A DNA stretch of 64,000 bases from NCBI GenBank assembly GCA_965223255.1, contig CBDCWA010000004.1:1611514-1675513 (forward strand), written 5' to 3'. Shown piece by piece: positions 1 to 9,116 of this stretch. Both the position numbers and the translations under genes were made by a program. Below the pieces are notes generated by a model. That model worked only from the letters and a program-made list of their open reading frames with translations. It was not told the origin of the DNA and did not search any database. Numbering within the stretch: position 1 is the stretch's first letter; each line of letters starts with the position of its first letter. Source of the DNA: Hyphomicrobiaceae bacterium. GTDB lineage: Bacteria > Pseudomonadota > Alphaproteobacteria > Rhizobiales > Hyphomicrobiaceae.

Positions 1-273
1 TTTCTAATGAAGGCCGCTTTCAAAAGGGGCCGGTGCTTCCGACGTCATTCTTCGAGGTCGCACTTACTCGTTTCAATGTCCGCAGCAGCTCTTGGGCGTG
101 TCAAAAGGTCATGATGCGACGGCATTAGGCTGATGGTTCAAAGTCTGCTTTGCCCCTGGCAGCAGCCCCGATGTTCACAACTTTACGGATTCTCTTCGGC
201 ATCAGACATCAAAGTGGTTGAGCCAATAGGGCGCATGGGGCATCTTGGATGAGTGTCAAACAAGTGAGCAGCC

Positions 274-1101
274 GTGAGAAGTTTCATTTCGATCATCGGC
301 ATAGGGGCCGTGGCTTATGGTCTAGTGCTCGTGTTCTTGTTCATTACTCAGTCGCGACTGATCTACTTTCCGAGCGTTCCGTCACGTGCACTTGATACAA
401 CGCCCAAAAGCATCGGTCTCGATTATGAAAATGTCAAAATAGTCACCGAAGATGGTCTCAGGCTCGACGCCTGGTATGTGCCGGCACGAAAAATGCGTGG
501 CTTCCTATTGTTCTTTCATGGCAATGCAGGCAACATTTCGCATCGGCTCGACTCACTAAAGATCTTCCATGACATAGGTCTGTCCACCCTGATAATCGAT
601 TATCGTGGCTATGGTCGAAGCGAGGGCAAACCTTCCGAGCAAGGTACCTATCGCGATGCCGAGGCCGCATGGCGATATCTTACGAAACAGCGGGGTGTCC
701 CCGCCTCACGTATTGTACTTTTTGGACGTTCTCTGGGTGCAGCCGTCGCAACCTATCTCGCAACCCGAAAGGCACCTGCCGCGCTGATTATTGAAAGCGG
801 CTTCGTGTCCGTGCCGGAGCTAGGCGCTCAGATCTATCCTTGGCTTCCGGTGAGGTGGCTCGCACGGTTTAAGTATCCGACCGGCGAATATCTTAAGACG
901 GTATCTGTCCCTGTATTAATCGTTCATGGCCGCGATGATGAGATCATTCCATTTACGCACGGCAGATCGCTCTTTGAACGCGCACGCAGGCCAAAAGAGT
1001 TCCTAGAGCTGCGGGGCGGTCATAATGATGGCTTCCTTGTCAGTGGCAGGCGCTATGTGAACGGGCTAGATGCCTTTATCGCCTCAGTGCTGGGCAAATG
1101 A
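274..1101 (+). CDS. alpha/beta-fold hydrolase (BEM46/ABHD-like serine hydrolase)
   Basis: 275 aa; N-terminal TM helix; HGNAGN oxyanion-type motif, GRSLG (GXSXG) nucleophile elbow, C-terminal HG...DD/H; GTG start as given by ORF track. Confidence 0.75.
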   Translation: MRSFISIIGIGAVAYGLVLVFLFITQSRLIYFPSVPSRALDTTPKSIGLDYENVKIVTEDGLRLDAWYVPARKMRGFLLFFHGNAGNISHRLDSLKIFHDIGLSTLIIDYRGYGRSEGKPSEQGTYRDAEAAWRYLTKQRGVPASRIVLFGRSLGAAVATYLATRKAPAALIIESGFVSVPELGAQIYPWLPVRWLARFKYPTGEYLKTVSVPVLIVHGRDDEIIPFTHGRSLFERARRPKEFLELRGGHNDGFLVSGRRYVNGLDAFIASVLGK

Positions 1102-1493
1102 ACCCATCAGCGATGACGTTGGCTTGAGTGGGGTCGAGATTGCCTTGGCGATCCGGCACTGACCGCAAAACCTCTCTCCGTCAGACATCAATGACAAAAA
1201 GCAGGACCTCCTTGCTGCTCGATTGACAGGACTGTGTTTGATCAGATCGGTCTACTGCGTGAACCACACATTTTGGCCATCTAGCGATGATCCCGGCTGA
1301 CAATTGAACGACCGTATTTCCTTACAGCGAGCCAAGGCACAGATTCATTCTCGCACCATCCGAATTTCATACAATGAATGGACTTGGCCTGGCGCTTGAC
1401 TGGCATCCGGTCATGTTTTTGATCCATACTCGCTTCTTGGTGAGGCTTTCTAATCTGTGGTTGCCATGCTGCCGTAGCAAAGGAGTGCTCCAC

Positions 1494-2120
1494 ATGACTG
1501 CAAGACGTATCGTATTGTTGGGTGACTCGATCATCGACAACGGCCCGTATGTCCTTCCCGGTCAGCCGGACGTTGCACAACAGTTGGCGACCCTGCTGCC
1601 AGAAGATGACATCGAGAAGCGTGCGCTAGATGGGGCGGTCTGTGCCGATGTGCTCCGCGATCAGACGACCGGACTTCGGCCAGACGATCGCGTAGTATTG
1701 AGCGTCGGGGGCAACGATGCTCTCTCCCACATTGACTTGATCTACTCTCCATCCGACACCGACACCAGAAGCTTTCTTGCTGGCCTTTGGCAAATACGAG
1801 AAACTTTTCGAAACGGCTATGCCTCGCTTCTCGATGTGCTCAATCATCCAGCCCATCGCGTCCTGGTCCTAACGATCTACAATCCGAGCTTTGTGGCCAT
1901 TGGAATGGAGGAGACTGACCAACAGGCCGCCGAAGGCGCGTTGTCGATTTACAACGATGTGATCCAGCAGGAGGCACTTCGGCGTAACCTTGAGTTACTT
2001 GACCTGCGCGCTCTGTTCAGTGACATCGAAGACTATGCCAATCCAGTCGAGCCCTCGGCAATTGGCGGCTTGAAGCTCGCAGCCGCCATTCGCGATTGGG
2101 CAAAAAATTCAAATTTCTGA
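1494..2120 (+). CDS. SGNH/GDSL-family hydrolase
   Basis: Start moved to ATG 1494 (AAAGGAG RBS 8 nt upstream); N-terminal LLGDSI (GDS block I), SVGGND (block III). Confidence 0.7.
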   Translation: MTARRIVLLGDSIIDNGPYVLPGQPDVAQQLATLLPEDDIEKRALDGAVCADVLRDQTTGLRPDDRVVLSVGGNDALSHIDLIYSPSDTDTRSFLAGLWQIRETFRNGYASLLDVLNHPAHRVLVLTIYNPSFVAIGMEETDQQAAEGALSIYNDVIQQEALRRNLELLDLRALFSDIEDYANPVEPSAIGGLKLAAAIRDWAKNSNF

Positions 2121-2352
2121 GCAGATTCTATCGCTGGGTGTTTGGATGGTTCTCATAAATCAAGCGATTTATAGACCATCATTGACGAATTCGAGCGACT
2201 GTCTGACAAATTCATGACGGCATTGCCCCTGACAGCTGAACATTGCCCGCTTTCCACCTAACTCTCCGCTGTGCCCGTGAGAGCGGCTACTACCCAGCGT
2301 TGGGTCGATGTCAGTGTAGGACTAAAATTACAAGACGCAGCAAGCACATCAA

Positions 2353-2724
2353 TTACAGCAAAGCCCAGGCCGCAATGTGAAGCGCGCCCAAGACGCCGGC
2401 CAAACAGATTAGCAGCCATGAGCTTAAATCATTGTATTCATACGCTGGATGGTTTCGGAGCAACCAGGTCAATCCCACGTGAATTATTGCAAATGCCGAC
2501 AATCCGATTGCAAAGACTGATCCTGCACCGAACTGTGAAAGCCAAAGCACCAAGAAAACAAACGGTAGGTGCATCCAGATAAAGATTTGTTCGCCAACGT
2601 CGTCTGGTAGATTCTGTAAGATGGGCAAAATCCGCCATTCATGATTCTTTATGGCATCTAATTCATGCGTTAGGAGTGCCGACACCATCAACCAATAGAA
2701 AACCTCTATCATCGCCATCTCCAT
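2353..2724 (-). CDS. hypothetical small integral membrane protein
   Basis: 123 aa, 3-4 predicted hydrophobic helices; no recognisable motif. Confidence 0.45.
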   Translation of the reverse strand: MEMAMIEVFYWLMVSALLTHELDAIKNHEWRILPILQNLPDDVGEQIFIWMHLPFVFLVLWLSQFGAGSVFAIGLSAFAIIHVGLTWLLRNHPAYEYNDLSSWLLICLAGVLGALHIAAWALL

Positions 2725-2882
2725 ATAAATAAACGTGATATTGCTACCAGAACGCTACCTCGCAATTCATCGCTCCGATCAGTGGCAAATTGGCACTTCA
2801 TTTTCGTACTACGGCTGATTGGAGTCCTGTTTTGGAATACGCTACAAGTATGCACGTGAAATTGTAGCGACCACCAAGGATC

Positions 2883-3683
2883 ATGAGGCGACGGCAGCAT
2901 GCTCAAGCTATGCGACCATTAGCTGAGGTACCCTTTTTGACTGCCAGTCAAAATGTTCCAAAGGATACGGTCATTGTGAATATTCATTGCGCACTCAATA
3001 AATTGTTGTGCATTGTAGGCGACGCTAAAGATTACTTCATAAGCGGCTCGCTCTCATTCCTACCGTTACTCCCGGACTATCGCGAGCCGATCCATGACGT
3101 AGATGTCGCAATATCGATTGAACTCTTCCAACAGCGTAAAGCTGAATTTGAGGCGGCGGGTCAGCCGCGCGTACTGCGGATATCAGAAATTGCCATAGCG
3201 AAGGAGTCCTTACTCGCCGGTCTTCCGACACCCAAAACAAAGTTCGTGCATGTCGAGACGAACAACGGACTTATCGACATTGCGCAATACCAGCCGAGAA
3301 AGGAAAGTATCGAGCTATTCTTCGGTTGTGGCCTAACACTACGTGTCCCCAACTCAATTCTGGAGCGGGTTCGCTTGCTGGATTGGAAAGGTTTGAACTA
3401 TCGAGCCGGGCCACCCGAACTGGCGCTCTTGCCGAAAATGCTCTGTTACCACGATTGGAAGACGAGAGGGACCAAACTCAATCGCGAACAGAAAAAACAC
3501 CTTGCCGATCTTAAGAATGCATTGTCACTTGTGGACTGGCAGTTCTCTGAAATGTTAATCGCTGCGGCGGAATTTCGATACTTGGGACGCCGCTTACCTA
3601 ATGCGCTAGATCGGCAATTGAACCCATTTCGGCGGCTTCAAGTTGCGAGAATGAAAGAGGAGCTTAAGGGATTGACGCTCTAA
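2883..3683 (+). CDS. hypothetical protein
   Basis: 266-aa ORF with coding-like codon usage; no confident family assignment. Confidence 0.4.
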   Translation: MRRRQHAQAMRPLAEVPFLTASQNVPKDTVIVNIHCALNKLLCIVGDAKDYFISGSLSFLPLLPDYREPIHDVDVAISIELFQQRKAEFEAAGQPRVLRISEIAIAKESLLAGLPTPKTKFVHVETNNGLIDIAQYQPRKESIELFFGCGLTLRVPNSILERVRLLDWKGLNYRAGPPELALLPKMLCYHDWKTRGTKLNREQKKHLADLKNALSLVDWQFSEMLIAAAEFRYLGRRLPNALDRQLNPFRRLQVARMKEELKGLTL

Positions 3684-4079
3684 CAGGCCGCAAGAGCAAA
3701 AGTGTTTGCGCATATTTGAGACCATTGCGCCGGACATAGGTAATCATTTTGGCTTCTCCGTTGAAAACTATGCAGAAAGGCCATGACTAAGAAGCCAAGT
3801 GCTGTGTATTCGAATGTCAATCGCGAACCTTGGAAAAAGGGCAAGTTGATCGTTGCGAAGCGAGCGACCAGACAGTCGCACGAGTAACAGGCACTGCTAT
3901 CTGAGGGACAATTAGTGGGTGTTGAGCCCCCAGACCTTGCCCCGTCTAGCCAGGGAGGTCGTTCAAAAGTTGATGCGACCATTAAAGTGATCACGAATCG
4001 TTTACTTTGAGCTTCTTGCTTCGCTGACCGAAAATACTTTGCACGTGATGCAGAATGGGATAGCGCTAGCCGGAGCGCA

Positions 4080-4787
4080 TTGGTTGATGTGAGGTTGCTT
4101 GTGAGACGCTTACTGCTGGTCGCTCTATCTGTTCTGGCCGTAGCTGGTGTAGTCTATTGGGCGATCGATTCAAATGGACTACAGCGAAGCGCCGTTATAG
4201 AGGATCCGGTCAAGAACTTAGATCGAACGGGGCTGTCAGTCGCAACGTTTGCAGGCGGGTGTTTTTGGTGTGTCGAAGCAGCTTTCGAGGCCGTGCCGGG
4301 CGTTCGCGCGGCAGTATCCGGCTATTCTGGTGGTGTTATTAAGAATCCGACATACAAAATGGTCACGCGCGGCCTGACTAAGCACGCGGAGTCGGTGCAA
4401 GTCTATTACGACCCAACGATAATAACATATAAAGGGTTACTGCAGGTGCTATGGCGCAGCTCTGATCCTACAGACGATCGGGGCCAGTTTTCTGACAGGG
4501 GCAGCCACTACCGGCCAATCATTTTCTATCACGATAAAGAACAGCAGCGCATAGCCATTCGTGCACGTGACGAACTCTCAAAATCTGGACGTTTCAGCAA
4601 ACCGATCAAGGTCGAGATCGTCGCATTCAAAGCATTCTATCCAGCCGAAGCCTATCACCAGGATTATTATCGGAAGAACCCGGGTTACTACCAGATTTAT
4701 AATATAGGGTCAGGCCGGGTCGATTTTCTGACCAAAACATGGGGCGATGATCTCAAGGTCGACTATGCTAAATACCGACCCCAATGA
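4080..4787 (+). CDS. msrA: peptide-methionine (S)-S-oxide reductase MsrA with N-terminal signal/anchor (exported)
   Basis: GGCFWC active-site motif and GYSGG; hydrophobic N-terminus LLLVALSVLAVAGVVYWA before the catalytic domain. Confidence 0.85.
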   Translation: MVDVRLLVRRLLLVALSVLAVAGVVYWAIDSNGLQRSAVIEDPVKNLDRTGLSVATFAGGCFWCVEAAFEAVPGVRAAVSGYSGGVIKNPTYKMVTRGLTKHAESVQVYYDPTIITYKGLLQVLWRSSDPTDDRGQFSDRGSHYRPIIFYHDKEQQRIAIRARDELSKSGRFSKPIKVEIVAFKAFYPAEAYHQDYYRKNPGYYQIYNIGSGRVDFLTKTWGDDLKVDYAKYRPQ

Positions 4788-5147
4788 AATCAGCTAACAG
4801 ATTTCCACCTTTCCCTACGACACGGATTATCAAGGAACGTGGCGCCAATGGATGTGGCGAACAAACGTAACTTGACCAGGTCTCTATTGTTCCGATCGGC
4901 GATCAATCTCGCGCGGCTTTTTTCTTGCACCATTGAAATGCCCCGCCGGCTTTGCGCAGAAATGCGGTCGGACACCGCCCCATATGACAGCGTTTGCCGC
5001 TGTATTGGCTGAACAATTCCGCCTGCAGACCGAGCGCGCTGGCTGCAAGTATATCGTAACGGCCGGTTCTTGGGTGGCACACATATTGCAACAAAATGGT
5101 GGTCTTAACGTAAACCGCTAAGTTAACTGAAAGCTTTGGAGGACGAG

Positions 5148-5618
5148 ATGGGAACATGGTTGATTGATCGCCGCTTGCTGGGGGTTGTCCTTGCCAGCCT
5201 GGTATTGTTGGTCGTGCCTGGTATGAGCGCGCAGGCTAAAAATGAGGCGATGGCCTCTTACCGGGCTTCTATTATGCAGAGTCTGAATGGGCACGTTGCG
5301 GCCATCGGCGCGATTGTCGATGAAAAGGTCGCCTTTAGGCATCACCTCCTTGATCACGCGGTCGCAATCGTTGGCACAAGCCGCGGTTTGCTGGAAATTT
5401 TCCCCGAGAAGGTAAAGAAAAAGACCGCTGAAAAATCCAAGGCGAATGGCAAGAAGTCAAAGTCTTCTCCTTCCTTCGAGGCTCTGGCTACGGAATTCAA
5501 TCTGGCGGCTGCACATTTGGTTCAGGTGATTCCATCGGGGAACAAGGCAGCCATCAAACAACACTTTGCAAAACTGAAAACAGTGTACGGAAAGCTTCAG
5601 GAGCAAACGAAGAAATAG
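5148..5618 (+). CDS. hypothetical exported all-helical protein (four-helix-bundle-like, Lys-rich linker)
   Basis: ATG 5148 with GGAGGA RBS 4 nt upstream; signal peptide ...VVPGMSAQA; no Cys. Confidence 0.5.
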   Translation: MGTWLIDRRLLGVVLASLVLLVVPGMSAQAKNEAMASYRASIMQSLNGHVAAIGAIVDEKVAFRHHLLDHAVAIVGTSRGLLEIFPEKVKKKTAEKSKANGKKSKSSPSFEALATEFNLAAAHLVQVIPSGNKAAIKQHFAKLKTVYGKLQEQTKK

Positions 5619-6305
5619 GTACCCGCCAAGAGCGATGCAAAGTAGTTTCAAAGCCGATCAGGCCAAGGGACCCTACCCTTGGCCTGCCAAAATGTCGGAG
5701 TAGATTTATTGTGGGTAGAGGAATCCGTGCCGGCGAAGCTGGTAAGAACGCGGGCTGCGACAAGCCTGCAATGGAGTTGAAGCAGCTGGACACAAAGCCA
5801 GTCAATTTATCGGATCAGGCGCAGTCGCAGATTAACTTTGTCCACTCTGACAAACAACAAACAAGTGGCACGGCGGACCAATGCGTGCCGTCGCATCAAC
5901 ACAAGCTGAGCATTTAATTCCCATGGTCAACGAGCGCTTTCGAAGGGCGCTTCCATTGTGTGGCGCAGGTGTCCGATTGCTTGATTGACCGGAGCCCCAT
6001 GCGTTCCATGGGTGTGATTCAACAGCTGACAACTAACATAGATAACATAGACGAATTTTTGCCTATTCGGCTCAAGTATCCGACATGCATGGGTTTTGCC
6101 AATTTGTCAGATGTAGGCCGCCCAACCTACGCATTGATAAATAATGTGAAAGTGCGGAGGTGGCCTGATATTTCCAAGTGCACCCAGACAAGATGGCAGC
6201 ATAGCTGCCACATCTGGCCGGTGTTGCTTGAGGCCGGAGTGGCTATTGTCTTGAATTTCCGGAAAAACCGAAGTTTTCCATTGCGAATCAATCAGTTGTA
6301 GCTTC

Positions 6306-6321
6306 TGGCACAGTCCTTGCA
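6306..6321 (+). promoter_or_regulatory. sigma54 (RpoN) -24/-12 promoter, exact consensus TGGCAC-N5-TTGCA
   Basis: TGGCACAGTCCTTGCA about 178 nt upstream of the Gly-Met-X protein gene; an NtrC-type activator is encoded 8 kb away. Confidence 0.55.
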
Positions 6322-6498
6322 AGCGGTTAATAGAACGTGATGCATTGGGAACGTTTTGTGAGGCCAGGACGCACAGCTGGGGGGTCTCATGTTCTGTAGT
6401 CAGTCAAGAGGCATCGGATTCGCCGCGGTTGTGAAGACGTGCCGCCAACCGAAGGAGCAGGATTAGCAATGGTAACGTTTCAAAAGGAGTTTGGTCGA

Positions 6499-7425
6499 AT
6501 GCGTGGCTACATGGCCGCGGCCGCGGTTATTGCAGCGGGCGTAATAACGGGTATGAGCAGCTCGGAAAGTACCGCGCAGGGCATGCGTGGCATGTACGGA
6601 ATGCCGGGTATGTACGGCATGGGCGGCATGCGCGGCATGCCTGGTATGGGCGGTATGTACGGCATGGGCGGCATGCGCGGCATGTACGGCATGGGTGGTA
6701 TGCGCGGCATGTACGGCATGGGCGGCGTGCGCGGCATGTACGGCATGGGTGGTATGCGAGGTCCAGCCGGCAGGTGGACTTGGGTGTGGGTGCCAGCTCC
6801 TACAAGCAGAATGAGAGGCATGTACGGTATGTACGGAATGCCGGGCATGTACGGCATGGGTGGCATGCGTGGTATGTACGGCATGTACGGAATGCCGGGT
6901 ATGTACGGCATGGGTGGCATGCGCGGTATGTACGGCATGGGCGGCATGCGCGGTATGTACGGTATGCGGGGCATGCCGGGCATGTACGGCATGGGCGGCA
7001 TGCGCGGTATGTACGGCATGGGCGGCATGCGCGGTATGTACGGTATGCGGGGCATGCCGGGCATGTATGGCATGTATGGAATGCCGGGCATGTACGGCAT
7101 GGGCGGCATGCGCGGTATGTATGGCATGGGCGGTATGCGCGGTATGTACGGTATGCGTGGCATGCCCGGTATGGGTGGCATGTACGGCATGTACGGAATG
7201 CCGGGCTTGTACGGCATGGGCGGCATGCGCGGCATGCGCGGTATGTACGGCATGGGCGGCATGGGCGGTATGTACGGCATGCGCGGAATGCCAGGTATGG
7301 GCGGCATGTATGGCATGCGCGGCATGCCGGGTATGGGCGGTATGCGTGGCATGCCCGGAACGCGAAGCTGGGCTCCTCCGCAACCACCGCAGACTCCGCC
7401 ACCGGCGCAGAAGAAGCCGAGCTAA
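6499..7425 (+). CDS. secreted methionine-rich Gly-Met-X triplet-repeat protein (about 80 GMX triplets, about 30% Met)
   Basis: Start at ATG 6499 (AAAGGAG RBS, spacing 9). Signal peptide MRGYMAAAAVIAAGVITGMSSSESTAQG. Then GM[YRPG] triplets in two blocks, about 20 and about 60, split by GPAGRWTWVWVPAPTSRMR. C-terminal Pro-rich tail PPQPPQTPPPAQKKPS. Codon third positions GC-rich in this frame only. Confidence 0.75.
   Translation: MRGYMAAAAVIAAGVITGMSSSESTAQGMRGMYGMPGMYGMGGMRGMPGMGGMYGMGGMRGMYGMGGMRGMYGMGGVRGMYGMGGMRGPAGRWTWVWVPAPTSRMRGMYGMYGMPGMYGMGGMRGMYGMYGMPGMYGMGGMRGMYGMGGMRGMYGMRGMPGMYGMGGMRGMYGMGGMRGMYGMRGMPGMYGMYGMPGMYGMGGMRGMYGMGGMRGMYGMRGMPGMGGMYGMYGMPGLYGMGGMRGMRGMYGMGGMGGMYGMRGMPGMGGMYGMRGMPGMGGMRGMPGTRSWAPPQPPQTPPPAQKKPS
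6583..7360. repeat. tandem nucleotide repeat (9-nt GGCATGNNN units with 81-nt higher-order period) underlying the GMX protein
   Basis: Repeating GGCATGTACGGCATGGGCGGCATGCGC. For example, the 44-nt string at 6943-6986 recurs exactly at 7024-7067. All six frames are open across it, which gives many overlapping artefactual ORFs. Confidence 0.9.
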
Positions 7426-7629
7426 GAGGGCATGGATTTTATGTGATGACAATGTGGGTGCCGGTGGGCAAAGACAGTGCACGCGCACAATGCCCCACCG
7501 GCCTCCGCAAAAACAACCCATCGCATCGTTTCGCTCGTCAACTAACAGCAGTCAAAATCACTTATACCGTGAACCGTTGATTTGATTTTGGGTGCGGTGA
7601 GATTTTCAGAATCTGTGCGGGGGAGGTGA

Positions 7630-8220
7630 ATGTCAGACAGTACTGAGAGCTACAGCGAGGCTGAAGCGTCGTCTCCAATAGAAGAGGCGCGAGCGAAGCC
7701 TATGAAACGAGAAGCATTCAACCAAATTGCTCCGTTTCTTGTCGCTGTCGCAGTCACCGCAGGCATTATAATGGTCTCCGTGGGGGTATCGAAAAAGCAG
7801 CCGGAGCTCGAGCCAGGTCCAAGCAAAGACATCGGCCGACCTGCGGCTCCGCTGTCAAGCGCGAAAGTGCCCGCCGCAAAAGGGCCGGCCGCCACTGCAC
7901 CAAAAGATCCGCAAGTGAGAACGACACCACCAAAGGAGACGGCTTCCCGGCCCTCGAAAGTAGAACCAGTAAAATCCGAATCATCATCGACTGTTAAGAG
8001 TCTTTTTGTCGGCGGTGCAGCACCGAGTAGACGTCCCTCTGATGCTCCGTCGATCAAAGACCTTGCAAAGGACGCCGATTGGTATGCGCGTGCACTTACC
8101 GGCCTCGCAAAGCCCTACCCGCGCAGCTTCAAGTTTTTGGAAGACCAAGGTGCTTGGTATACGCCCTTCAACAAGCGCGGAATGACTGGCCCTTACGACA
8201 TTAGGAGTTGGCATGAATAA
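7630..8220 (+). CDS. single-pass membrane protein with Pro/Ala-rich linker and a conserved about 50-aa C-terminal module
   Basis: GGGGGAGG RBS; acidic N-terminus, TM IAPFLVAVAVTAGIIMVSVGV, low-complexity PAAPLSSAKVPAAKGPAATAPKDP, then C-terminal WYARALTGLAKPYPRSFKFLEDQGAWYTPFNKRGMTGPYDIRSWHE. Confidence 0.6.
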   Translation: MSDSTESYSEAEASSPIEEARAKPMKREAFNQIAPFLVAVAVTAGIIMVSVGVSKKQPELEPGPSKDIGRPAAPLSSAKVPAAKGPAATAPKDPQVRTTPPKETASRPSKVEPVKSESSSTVKSLFVGGAAPSRRPSDAPSIKDLAKDADWYARALTGLAKPYPRSFKFLEDQGAWYTPFNKRGMTGPYDIRSWHE

Positions 8221-9046
8221 GAACACTGGGATGCAACAAATAGCACAGCCATTCACAAATCATGCGTGGCGACCAATGGGCGTCACTGCAATCAAATCCT
8301 TGATTCCAGAAGCGTCGCTCATAGCATCTCTATTGTGGGCAAGTCTGTTCATGATCGGCGTCGCCGACGCGCGCGCTGAAGGCGATATTGAGCAGGGCAA
8401 GAGAGTATTCAGGCTCTGCATCGCCTGCCATAAGATTGGGCCAGGGGCGAGAAACCTGAGCGGGCCAAAACTCAATGGCATTGTTGGCCGAAAGGCCGGC
8501 ACCGTTGAGGGGTTCAAGTATTCTCCCGCCAACAAGAAGGCTGGCGAACAGGGATGGATTTGGACCGAACAGGCATTGGATAAATATTTGGAGAACCCGC
8601 GCAAGGCGATGCCTGGCAATCGGATGGTGTTCATCGGGATAAAAAGCGCGAAGGATAGAAAGAATCTCATCGCTTATCTCAAGTCATTCAAGTCAAGTCA
8701 GCACCGCGGGACGACCAAGACCATGGACGCCGCATCAGCACCGGTCCAGCCGGGGGCTAAAACAAAGCGTTCGGCGAAGGCCGAGCGCGGGGGCAAATCC
8801 CAACCCAAACGGACGACGTCAGTCATATGGGTCGGTGGATCAACCCCGTCCAAACGGCCACCCGCCGCACCGCGCCTGAGAAGCTTCGAGAAGACGCCTG
8901 CCTGGTACCGCCGTGCTCTGGCAGGCCTGTCGAAGCCCTATCCGCCGAGCTTCCGGTTCCTCGAGGATCAAGGTGCTTGGTACACACCATTCAATAGCTC
9001 GGGCATGACAAGCCCTTACGATCTGCGCGCTTGGCATAAAAGTTAG
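8213..9046 (+). CDS. class I (c2-like) cytochrome c with C-terminal extension carrying the same about 50-aa module
   Basis: AGGAG RBS; signal peptide ...MIGVADA; CIACH heme site, GPKLNGIVGRKAG, Met ligand region NRMVFIGIK; basic/Pro-rich linker; C-terminal WYRRALAGLSKPYPPSFRFLEDQGAWYTPFNSSGMTSPYDLRAWHKS. Confidence 0.8.
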   Translation: MNKNTGMQQIAQPFTNHAWRPMGVTAIKSLIPEASLIASLLWASLFMIGVADARAEGDIEQGKRVFRLCIACHKIGPGARNLSGPKLNGIVGRKAGTVEGFKYSPANKKAGEQGWIWTEQALDKYLENPRKAMPGNRMVFIGIKSAKDRKNLIAYLKSFKSSQHRGTTKTMDAASAPVQPGAKTKRSAKAERGGKSQPKRTTSVIWVGGSTPSKRPPAAPRLRSFEKTPAWYRRALAGLSKPYPPSFRFLEDQGAWYTPFNSSGMTSPYDLRAWHKS

Positions 9047-9116
9047 CTTCGCGCAGTGGGTGCCGACGGAGCCCCGGCGCGGTGTGAGAAACAGCATAAG
9101 AATATGAGATAAGAAG

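Noticed and set aside
5871-5890. Possible sigma54 site (TGGCACGGCGGACCAATGC)
   Set aside because: It has the -24 TGGCAC but no TTGC at the -12 position.
5711-6301. Small ORFs of 68 and 113 aa in the gap before the GMX gene
   Set aside because: No RBS and no coding periodicity. The region more likely holds the sigma54 promoter and its enhancer sites.
6583-7360. Possible CRISPR array, given the regular short repeats
   Set aside because: Units are contiguous with no unique spacers. The period is 9 nt, and no cas genes are present.
6463-7585. Long ORFs on both strands across the repeat: minus-strand His/Ala-rich 352 aa, Pro/Met-rich 281 aa and Cys/Arg-rich 200 aa; plus-strand alternative frames of 268 and 241 aa
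   Set aside because: The 9-nt repeat lacks stop codons in all six frames. Only the plus frame from 6499 has an RBS, a signal peptide and GC-rich third codon positions. The others have no translation signals.
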